The notes beneath the pieces are model-generated. The model worked only from the letters and a program-made list of their open reading frames with translations. It searched no databases and was not told where the DNA came from. From NCBI GenBank assembly GCA_000934665.2, contig KZ538456.1, positions 48,922 to 68,921 of the forward strand: DNA of 20,000 bases, read 5' to 3'. This document shows, piece by piece, positions 11,266 through 20,000 of the stretch. This DNA comes from Catajapyx aquilonaris. Taxonomy: Eukaryota. Each line of letters starts with the position of its first letter. Position 1 is the first letter of the stretch. Position numbers and translations under genes: made by a program.

Positions 11266-11809
11266 GTATGGTTTAACTCCGGATGATTTGGAATTGATAA
11301 AATGTAACACGAGCCTGGAACTTTTCCATCACAATGAGGACTTAGAAAGAAGAAATAATTCCTCAGTATACGGACCAGTACAAAAGGTTGTGCCTTCCAT
11401 AGAACAATACTTCTCTTTTAATTTGCCTTTATCTCATTTGCGGCTGTGGCTAAACTTTAAAAAACAACTCGAGATCTATTTGGATGCCAGGCCATAAGGT
11501 TGCGTTTTCTTTTCTTTGGATCACCATTGTGATTGGTGCAATATGGGTCAGGTCTTTTCTTGTTACCATCTTATGTTTGAATGCCCAATATTTAATACGC
11601 CTCGCAGTCATTACCTGAACAATGTTTCACATTATCCTCCAAATTGTTTTCATTTGACATTCTATGAACCCACTAAATTGATCATATTTGATGTATTTAA
11701 TTTCTGTTTGTATGTGGGTAAATACATGTCCATATGTGTTGTATGAGGTTGTGCCCCCCTATAGGAGCAATGCTCCATAATGGGTAATAAAAACAAATAA
11801 ATAAACAAA
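11266..11809 (+). mobile_element. 5'-truncated non-LTR retrotransposon (LINE): ORF2 C-terminus, 3' UTR and tail
   Basis: Perfect 16-bp TSD CAAGTACAGGGTAGCG (11250-11265 and 11810-11825). Frameshifted ORF pieces 11288-11497 and 11516-11746 contain the CCHC motif CDWC-x9-H-x4-CP..R..YL typical of LINE ORF2 ends. 3' hairpin GGAGC-AAT-GCTCC, then GGGTAATAAA and an (AAAT/AAAC)n tail. Confidence 0.9.
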
Positions 11810-12266
11810 CAAGTACAGGGTAGCGTAAGAGATGCTGATGTATTTACCTGCCATTCTTGGTCAAAAATGCACTTACGGACTTATGCAGGTGCAGGCTAGC
11901 ACCTTTAAACAAATCAGCGTTCACCTTCGTGGCTGATGGTTGTAATATTGCCCCACGTTATCAACAGTGAAGAGGAACATTGAGTTATAGCAATGTCCTG
12001 CGTAAATGGGGCTAATTCTTTTTCAGTTAATGAGTATAGTCATCCACTCAGTTCCATTCAATTTCCAATTATCAGTCACTTAATTAAAAACCATTCCCTC
12101 TCATTCCGTTAATTTTAAATAACCAGAATGAACTATGTCACTAATTAATGGTAGACCTTCTAATAATTAAATTGTGCCATTTACTTTTAATCAGTATAAG
12201 AAAACATCTTGGTAGTAGGGCTAAAAATCATGCATGTTCTTGCTGCAACAAATAAGTACACATGGT

Positions 12267-12601
12267 GTGGTGGCCGAGATGGTAACGTCTCAGCTTGCTG
12301 AGTGAAAGGTCCCAGGTTCGATCCCCGCCAGGGAGCCCCCTTTCGCCTGCGTCAGGAGGGTCTCTTACCCGCACCTTGGAGGTGTCTGGCAACCTATAAC
12401 CTCCTAACCTGCTTACCGACATTGCACATGCACCCATGTCCCCTCCCCAAAGATCCCCATCCCTACCCTATTTCCTTTCGTCTTTGCGCTGGTGCTGAAG
12501 TAAAAATAAGAGAAATGGTATTTACAGTAGTTCTCTCACCCTCCCCCCTCCCTCCCCAAAAGGAGCTCCGTTCTAATGGGGTAACATAAAAATAAAAATA
12601 A
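12267..12601 (+). mobile_element. tRNA-derived SINE, family A, copy 1
   Basis: A box TGGCCGAGATGG (12271-12282), B box GGTTCGATCCC (12315-12325), body homologous to 13700-13970 and 17670-17920(-), tail CCCCAAAAGGAGCTCC..GGGGTAA plus (TAAAAA)n. TSD AAGT[A/G]CACATGGT at 12254-12266 and 12602-12614. Confidence 0.93.
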
Positions 12602-13982
12602 AAGTGCACATGGTAGAACTTTTCCCAACCAACTTTAACTTTTAATGTAGCTTTAAAAAAATATGTGCTGAATTCAAAAGCAGTCATGTGCAAATTCTTC
12701 CTAATTCTGTAATATTGGTTTTAAGCTGTTTGAGAAACAAGTATGTACTAGTAGTAAGGTATGTCAGATTTACCATATTAAATTATCAGGCTTTTATAGC
12801 CAAATTTACAGTTAGAGCAATTACAAAATCAGTGCAATACTAACATTATGCACATCCAATGAGGAAGAGATTTTTGATAGATGATAAATTCTCATTGTAT
12901 GAATATACTTGCATGCTTGTACTGTATGTCTGCAAGGGGGAAAAAAAACTTCCCAATTTTTGTGCAACAGACATGGGTTTTAATTGGCACAATCATTGTC
13001 TAAAATTAGCAAAATTTTCCAGTCAGTTGCCCTGCCAATGGAAATATTTCAAGTATTTCCCCAAAACCAGGAAGCTGTTCTCATTGAAATCAGTCCAAAC
13101 TCGTCTTGGGCACGCCTCGATTGTTATTTTGACATTAATGCAAGGCCTATTTATTACATTACCAAATTAAGCGCTATATTTATGTATGGCACTGGATACC
13201 ACTTGTACCATTGCAGGTGTACATTCTTCCCTTTTACCTGGATGGGGCTACTTTACTTTTGTGCCCCCTGCCCTCTAGCCATATATGTTAGTATCATTCT
13301 TTGGTTGATTGTGTAAGCAATAATAGATAAGTTGAATTGCATGATTTGTAGACTCTTGTTTGCTTGTCACCATACGAAATCAACTTAAAACGTCCGATAG
13401 ACTAGAGTCATGGAGCCAGGCATTTTCTTACCTGGGAGGACAGGCAGGGAAAAGTTTGGGGTGAGGGTATGGGGGTAAAGAATATCATCATGCCACCTCA
13501 GGTACTTCAGGTTATGGTAGGTTAGGTTGCAAACCTTAAAATAGCAGGTAAAATAGTTGAGTATGTCACCAGGTATTGCCTCTATCACATGTATCACTGC
13601 TAGTTGGATAGTCGGATAAAGAAGGTTAACATGGAGAGCAGTAGGGAAGTGCAGTAGACTAAATTCTGCCAGTTATTTTTTTTCACATACTAAAATAATG
13701 GGGAGGTGTGGGGGTCGAGATGGTAACGTCTTGGCTTGCTGAGTGAAAGGTCCCAGGTTCGATCCCTGCCTGGGAGTTCCCTTTCACCTGCATCGGGAGG
13801 GTCTCTGACCTGTGCCTTGGAGGTGTCTGGCAATCTAACCTCCTAGGCCTAGGGGACTGCACATGGCCCAATTTGAGACTGCACCTGCACCTGTGTCCCC
13901 TCCCCGAAAAATCCCTATCCTTACCTAATGTCCTTAACTCCTTGCACCGGAGATTGAAGGAAAAAAGCATATATCGTATATA

Positions 13983-14997
13983 CTAGCAGGTTACCCAGCG
14001 TTGCCTGGGTATGTTGGGGTGCTGGTAAAGGTAGGGGTAATACATATACACTATACAGTATATTAGGAAATGTGTTTGTTTGTAAAAATTTCCCTTCCAT
14101 ACACTCAAAACTCGATATGTCTTAAAATGGGCCTTATAAGTTACAATCACACCCCCACCTCATTCCATATGTTTGCTCTAAAGAACTTTAGAAATGTACG
14201 TACAGATGCATGGTGGAAAATTTTGTTTTCAACACGGAGTAATATTTGTAAATACTGTATTATTTTATTGTATTTACTTTTGTCTGGAAGTCTATTTTCA
14301 AATCCCACAAAATCCCGGAATTACCATAAGATACGAACTCACGTGAGGTGGCCAATTAGCGTAATTGAATTTACGGCGATGGTTTAATTTGCTAGGTATT
14401 GTTACATAAGGGCATTTCGTAGGGGAGACGAAGTGGCGCTGCGGAAATGTGCCCACGGATGTTAAGGTCCCAGGTTCGATCCCAACCCGGGGTTCCTCCC
14501 TTCATCTCGTGCAGGGTTGGGTCGTCTCTGGCTTCGTTTCGGGTGGAATCTCCTCAGACTAATCCACCCGGGGGAGTTCACAAAATGTTTTGAGAATTGC
14601 ACTTGCACCTTAGTCACCCTGCCCGTGGGCCCGGGCGCTACGTCAAAAAGGTTCCATCAAGACGAAATAAAGGTTCCCTCCCTGCGGTACGATACAGGGA
14701 GGTAAATAGCCATATTTAAAAAAAGGCATTTCCATGGGAATGAAAATTGATATATTGAACATTATTGATGTAAGTTAATAATATTGTTAGGCCCGAGAAG
14801 TGAGAAGATTTGGGAATACGCGTGTTGTGGGAGTTAGGTTCATTTTCGGAAGCTGAAACATGCGGCGTTAGATTTCTTGGAAAAAGTGACCACCGATATG
14901 CTAATTTAAGGCAGTGTAGGGGCCTTCCCCTGGATTTCTATAAGGGACAAACAAACTCGCAAACGAACGAACTAAAATATAGATTAAGATATATAGA
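13983..14997 (-). mobile_element. Non-autonomous Helitron
   Basis: Minus strand begins A|TCTATATATC and ends CTAG|T, i.e. inserted in a host AT without a TSD. Subterminal hairpin TACCCAG-GCAACG-CTGGGTA lies 5 nt before CTAG. A short (ACAA/ACGA)n tract sits near the 5' end (14947-14972). Confidence 0.85.
14419..14721 (+). mobile_element. tRNA-derived SINE (type C) inserted inside the Helitron
   Basis: A box TGGCGCTGCGG (14434-14444), B box GGTTCGATCCC (14473-14483), hairpin CGGGTGGA..TCCACCCG, block TTTGAGAATTGCACTTGCACC shared with family A, terminal hairpin CCTCCCTG..CAGGGAGG-TAAAT and an A tail. TSD AA[G/A]GGCATTTC at 14408-14418 and 14722-14732. Confidence 0.85.
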
Positions 14998-15409
14998 TAC
15001 TAGAAAACTGATGGTGGTGTGCCACCCCCCTAATGGAGCGTCGATTCTCCCAAAATGGGGTGAAAATTTTTAAAAAATAAAAAATGTACTAAAATAATTT
15101 TTGATATGCTTCAACCTTGCTTCAAACTCATTACTAGGTCCTAGTATAGTCTTCTCCCTAGTAAAATGTGCAGGTTTTGTGTAATAAATGGCACTAACTT
15201 TGCGCAACAATAGTTATTTGGTGTATGGTGTTAAAATAAGATAACTGACCTACGATTCTATGGAAAATATTTTGAAAGTGCACCTGGCCTTTACATACTG
15301 CCAAGAGTGGAAGTTATATATTGCCAGCACCTGACAGCAGACTACAAACCTGAAGGAATAAGATTTTCATATCAATAAGGTCATGCAGTCGGTTTACCTA
15401 CCACACACC

Positions 15410-15570
15410 AAGTATGGTAGTCAGTTCTAGTGAATAGGCACCATAATGTTACATAGGAGGTCCTGAGTTCAATTTATGGTGGTTGCTACTGTGACTCAGG
15501 TTGTCTGTATGTTTCTTTGGTAAAATCCTGGTGAATTCCAGGGCAGTTCTCAAATTTGAGTCACAGCTAT
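15410..15570 (+). mobile_element. Old degenerate tRNA-derived SINE
   Basis: GGAGGTCCTGAGTTCAATT (B-box-like, about 15456-15474), then GGTGAATTCCAGGGCAGTTCTCAAATTTGAGTCACAGC, resembling the GGCAAATGCCGGGATAGTACCTCAAATTAGGCCACG-type core recalled from arthropod SINEs. Confidence 0.35.
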
Positions 15571-15628
15571 TTTGTTTGTCCTTAATATCTTTCAGTGGTG
15601 CAAACAAAATACTTTAAAAAAAAAGAAG

Positions 15629-15856
15629 TTTTACCCTGTGATAGGCCTACATAGGCCCTGTTTGGGGGTGGTACACCACCATCAATTTTCTTGTATTATG
15701 TTTCTCTCCTCCAGTGCAAGGGGACATGATAGGGATAATGAGGGGGGGACACTAGTGCAAGTGTAATGTCTCAAGTTGGGGGTCGTGTGCAGTCCCTCAG
15801 GGGGCCTGTTCGCCAAGATGCGGATCAGAAATCCCCCACCGACACCACACCTCCTC
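15629..15856 (-). mobile_element. Family-A-related SINE with most of the tRNA head deleted
   Basis: Minus strand starts GAGGAGGTGTGGTGTCG (family-A 5' end), jumps to GGGATTTCTGATCCGCATCTTGG, continues GGGACTGCACACGACCCCCAACTTGAGACATTACACTTGCAC, and ends in the tail GATGGTGGTGTACCACCCCC..GGCCTATGTAGGCC..GGGTAAAA. No B box. Confidence 0.8.
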
Positions 15857-16041
15857 ATGGACGGGACAAGGATAGGAAAGGAAGGAAGCGGCTGTAATAA
15901 TCATTTTAGTATCAATATGGACAGCTTTCTTCTCGAGTCCATTATTTTCACACCAGACAGGTAGAAACAGGAAAGCAGATACATACCATAATTCAGAGGT
16001 TCCGAAACTGTGCTCTGCGAAGAGGTTGGGGAAAAAAAGAA

Positions 16042-16340
16042 TTCTTCAATTCAGTTAATAATGACTTTAGTCTCTCACTTCAAGGAAAAGTAGTAAATGG
16101 TTTTGATGTCAGTGATAAAGTACAGGCATTTAAAAAGACAATCAAATTTTTGGCAGCATCAATGAAAAGTCAAAATCTAGACAGCTTCCAAAAAATGGTG
16201 AAAGAATTTAGAGAACAAGATTCCAATATATCTTTAATGAGTTTGACATGTTCATCAGCTAAATTTACTTGATAATTTCAACAGAACTGTTACTTTCTGG
16301 ACTCTATAAAAATTACAGAAAACCTGTGGGATATAAGGCC
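16042..16340 (+). mobile_element. hAT (Buster/Charlie-type) transposase relic
   Basis: Translation from 16045: FNSVNNDFSLSLQGKVVNGFDVSDKVQAFKKTIKFLAASMKSQNLDSF, matching the Buster-family segment (F..LN.LNLSLQG...IFD..DK..AFKKK..LW.......FD.F). Stops and frameshifts follow. Confidence 0.7.
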
Positions 16341-16619
16341 ATCCATTTCTGTGGCAGACAAGTCAGCGTGCCAGCCTGTCTGACATGATTATGATGATCA
16401 TTACTGCTGTTATTCCGTGTAGTACTTATGTAGGTGCCAGGTGAAAATATCGTTGACCATAAGCCACCAACACACACGTGAAAAATATATTGATGTTTTG
16501 AGAATATGATATTTAAAGATCATATAATAATAATAACTTTCAAAGAGAAATATTTAGTTTAGATCAAATTTAACCAATTTCGAATTTGAAATATCATTAT
16601 TCGTGGTTTTGCTCTAAGA

Positions 16620-17387
16620 CAGAGGTCTCAAACATGCGGCCCGCGGGCAACTAATTTTCTGCCCCACGGTCCTATCTCATGTTGTTGGTCATTACCAACA
16701 TGTTTAGCAATTTGATGATGGACAATGAACAAATACCTTTACTTTGTGTCTTTATTTATGGCTCTGCCATGGGTTCAGTGGGGAAGTCTTGGAAAATATT
16801 TCTTCTGAAAGTGTCAGGTGTAATGTTCGGTAGCACCAAGACTCTCAGGGGCAAAGGTTTGACTGGCTGCAGAGGAAATGCTGTCCAGATATGTAGATGT
16901 TCGGAGTCTGGTGGCTCACAGAATGACCGCCTGACACTGTCCGTAATTTATTATGCACCACGCTAGCATGGGGGGTGCATAGGTCACCTGGTTTTGGGGA
17001 AAAAGAGAAACGAAATTGGGACGAAAAAATCAGTCCTCATCTTGGGCCCACTCAGCCAAGTTACTCTTTAGTCGTGCTTTATACCCCATCGTGTTGGTTA
17101 GTCGTCAGTGTATCCACGCCGATTCCTGCATCACAGCAGTGATTTGTGCATCAGGTTGCGCAAAAATGAAGAGGCAATTAAGCGAGTCTTTGTGAAAGTG
17201 ACTAGTAACTTGGCATCTGTTACGGATTTTTAAATATGCATATCTTGGATTTTAGGATTCCACTGTACTTTGCCAGTTACATTCACCAAAGCTTGTGTGA
17301 CCTTGAACACAAAATATTTTCGCCTGCTGCGGGCTTGTTCCCGGCCCACACTATCAGCCTTCTATCAAATCCAGTTTGAGACCCCTG
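16620..17387. mobile_element. Non-autonomous hAT (Buster/Charlie-type) element, 768 bp
   Basis: TIRs CAGAGGTCTCAAAC and GTTTGAGACCCCTG (13/14). 8-bp TSD CTCTAAGA / CTCGAGGA (6/8; left copy fits NNNTANNN). Subterminal GCGGCCCGCGGGC and CGGCCC motifs. Confidence 0.85.
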
Positions 17388-17557
17388 CTCGAGGATGAAA
17401 TATCGACATACAGCTTGAAAATCCCGATAGGTAAAAACAGCCAAAAAATGCACATACGTGCCTTTGGCATATCAATGATGTTAGTGCTGTGTCACAAATT
17501 TCTCTCCTGAAAAGTGCTCCGCGACTCAAAAAGTTTAGGAACCTCTGCCATTATTTA

Positions 17558-17920
17558 TTTATTTATTTTTTATTATTTTTTAATTTTACATACCCTATTG
17601 GGAGAATATCAGCGCTCCTTTAGGGGGGTGGAATACCACCATTTTTCATGTCAATTTTTCGGAAATTTTTCTTCTAACACTGCAGTGGAGAAAGGGAAAT
17701 GAGGAGGGGAATGGGGATTTTTGGGGAGGGGATGCAAGTGCAATGTCTGAAATGGGTCATGTGCAGTCCCCCAGGAGGCTAGGTTGCCAAGACACCTCCT
17801 TAGGCGCGGGTCAGAGACCCACTGACGCAGGCGGAAGGAACACCCGGGCGGGGATCGAACCCGGGACCTTCCGCACAGCAAGCCGAGACGTTACCATTTC
17901 GGCCACCAAGCCTCCCCCTC
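17558..17920 (-). mobile_element. tRNA-derived SINE, family A, copy 3 (most CpG-intact)
   Basis: A box TGGCCGAAATGG (17894-17905), B box GGTTCGATCCC (17851-17861), full body, tail ATGGTGGTATTCCACCCCCCTAAAGGAGC..CTCC..AGGGTA plus (TAAA)n. TSD 14/17 at 17541-17557 and 17921-17937. Confidence 0.93.
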
Positions 17921-18567
17921 AACTGTGCCATAATTTATAGGAGTACCATGCTGTTATTAGAGTTATTGTAAAATTGCTCCATAGATTAATATTGCACAGG
18001 TTTCTGGCATAGATTGTCGTAAGCAAAATGGTTCTGCACCAACAACAAGGTTGAAAACCATAGGTCAAAGTAGTCCTTAGGTCATGAAGAACTCAATGGA
18101 AGAAGGTTGGGTCAGTTTTTATTGAGCTAATAACATGACAAGTGATAGTTATCATTTCCAGCTAACACACTTCATCCCTTGCTCCCAGCTTGCAACAGTA
18201 ATTATTTTTAAGAATTCTCAGCAGGTGGTGTGTAATAGAAGAAGAACTATATGAGTAACTCATAAAGATATGTTGCCTGGATTTGGTCTGCCTGGTTGGC
18301 ATCTGATAGCAACACAATTGTTTTTAAATATATACTTGAGGGCAAGGGTATTGCCCTGACTAGCTAACAGATGAATTCAAAGTAACACCTCATTGTACAT
18401 TGCTATTTTAAGAACAGACTGTTATTGTAATGGTGGAAGATTCATGGCATGTGTAATGACCTACACGAGCAATTTTCAGACGTTATTATTTGGATTCTAA
18501 AGTGAAATTATTACAGTGTGATTTTAATGTATGTGGCACTGACAACTTGAATAATGGGGAGAGCAAA

Positions 18568-18645
18568 GGGGGGTATGGTGGTCTAGTGGTTATGATACGG
18601 GCGAGCTAAGCAGGAGGTCTGGGGATCAAATCTCATCCCTGTCAT
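18568..18645 (+). mobile_element. Degenerate tRNA-like head (old SINE or tRNA pseudogene)
   Basis: A box TGGTCTAGTGG (18579-18589) and GGAGGTCTGGGGATCAAATCT with a B-box-like GGATCAAATCT (18623-18633). May extend to CCCGGGTAAAT near 18873. Confidence 0.5.
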
Positions 18646-20000
18646 CCTCACTTGGTCAGGTCTTTTACCACTTTTCATCTGACATGTCCCAGCAGATTTG
18701 CACTCCCTTCTTTGCCAGGACCAAGAGAAAAGGTCTGGTAATTAAGAGGGTCTGAAATGACTAGAAACTATTTAAGAGCACCCTCCCTTGTCTCTAGTTA
18801 TAAATGAGATTATTAAATGTTGTTTATTGCCATAAATGATGCACCCATACCATACATCCTCCCCCGGGTAAATGTTGTGCATCAAAATGTTATGTTAGAT
18901 GTTCAGTGCTTTATTAGATGCTGTAACAACTGTAGAATGGAAGTTTAAGCATTCTTTTCTTATTGTATAGATGGAGAGACCACCACATTTTCCAACCACC
19001 TGAAAATTATACCAATGCACGAGGTTCCGCAGGCATTTTCAACAATGAAGCTGTACCTTGTACAAGGATGACAGCACTAGAATTGGAATATTTAAGTCAC
19101 TGGATATATCTGGCTTTAATAACATTAAAAATCTAAATTTCAGGCCATAAAGGCTCTCTTAGTATTGTGTGGCAGTCCAATTGATATTCAAATCTAAGCA
19201 CAATTTCTTATCAGCTGTAGTGCCAATCCAACCTGTTCTGGTTCATATTAAACTCTGCATGTAGGTTGTTATGTTGTATGTTTCTAAGCCGACACCTGTG
19301 CAGGTGTTAGTCAATCTAGAACATGGTTAATTCCTACGAGAGCTTATTGCAAAGAAGAAAATTTGTTGCAAGTACTTGCATGTCATATTTGCACCACCTG
19401 TGATCAACTACTCAAATGGAGAACCTAGTGTGAATGTGACAGCTAACTGGGAATTCCCTCTGGGACACCAATGTAATTGTAGCTTTTCCCACAAGGGTAG
19501 ATGTAATTTAAGCTTGAGACAGGCAATTATAGCAGCCTGTCACACCAGCTCTTGGTCACACTCATTAAGCAATATTGTGTTTATGTGGTCTCCACACTCA
19601 GGCTCTTAGGAACATTTGCTTTACTGCCTGTCCTAAATGAGGTCTATTGCTTATTATTGCTTGTTCCATTTCTAGATTATTGCCAGTTGGAAGTAAGCTA
19701 GGAAAATTAATGCACTGGTATGGATTGCAAGGTCCTGAGATAAAAATAATGTATTAGCTGTCACCCATGGGAAAAAATGTCTACGAGATGGATAAGTTAA
19801 TTGCATCTGTTCTGGACTCCTCTGTAGCCTAATTATTATACAGAATGATTTTGTGACTTTGAATGTGAGTGGTGGCTGGTGGGTGTACTATATACGACAT
19901 ATTGTTTCATACACCCCGCAAACGAGCTTTATCCTGGCTATCCTAAGCAACCCACACGGCATGATAACAGAACCGAGTCAGCGGCAACATGGCTTGGGGG

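Larger units (their letters stand above)
13700..15086 (+). mobile_element. tRNA-derived SINE, family A, copy 2, split by a Helitron (head and body 13700-13982, tail 14998-15086)
   Basis: B box GGTTCGATCCC (13756-13766), body homologous to copy 1. Tail ATGGTGGTGTGCCACCCCCCTAATGGAGC..CTCC..GGGGTGAAAA at 15011-15066. A perfect 12-bp TSD, TACTAAAATAAT, at 13688-13699 and 15087-15098 brackets both halves. Confidence 0.9.

Noticed and set aside
14535..14560. Hammerhead-like core CTGAGGA-GATTCCACCC-GAAAC on the minus strand
   Set aside because: Stem II would have one base pair, and no stem I/III or cleavage triplet was found. The segment is better explained by the plus-strand hairpin.
15901..15966. 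Possible 51-bp exon (TTTTAG|...CAG|GTAGAA)
   Set aside because: Weak donor site, unrecognisable peptide and no supporting evidence without RNA-seq.
17845..17920. Functional tRNA genes here and at 12267, 13700 and 14425
   Set aside because: No good acceptor stem, a mismatched anticodon stem and no T-run terminator. Each continues into a shared body and tail bounded by TSDs, so they are SINE heads. The source tRNA for family A is ambiguous (GCT or TGC).
12228..17940. Mutually similar ORFs (12228-12437, 12302-12589, 13683-13970, 17651-17881, 17743-17940) suggesting a small gene family
   Set aside because: They are translations of family-A SINE copies; reading frames are not conserved between copies.
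18950..19140. Polypyrimidine tract plus TAG acceptor followed by short open frames
   Set aside because: No recognisable protein and no convincing donor; cannot be told from chance.
1..20000. CRISPR array, operon or other prokaryotic system
   Set aside because: No regularly spaced repeats and no ORF above about 110 codons; the content is eukaryotic transposon debris.

Overview
Repeat-rich, AT-rich eukaryotic nuclear DNA, most consistent with an invertebrate (probably arthropod) intron or intergenic region. No intact protein-coding or RNA gene can be supported; the ORF-track entries are chance ORFs or translations of repeats. Best-supported content: (i) a family of tRNA-headed SINEs ('family A'; three complete copies with target-site duplications, one deleted copy, one tail at the window edge) whose 3' tail matches the 3' UTR of a 5'-truncated LINE in the same window; (ii) two other SINE types, one with a V-domain-like core and one with an initiator-tRNA-Met-like head, ending in a similar hairpin-plus-GG(G)TAA tail; (iii) a three-level nest, SINE > Helitron > SINE, at 13.7-15.1 kb; (iv) an internally deleted mariner, a Buster-type hAT MITE and a separate Buster transposase relic, plus weaker pogo-PHD, piggyBac, Chapaev3 and LTR relics; (v) a 359-bp fold-back and a spacerless 44-bp palindrome; (vi) CpG-depleted unique DNA in the right half versus near-normal CpG at 3-4 kb. 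All family assignments come from motifs recognised by eye; no database search was run.
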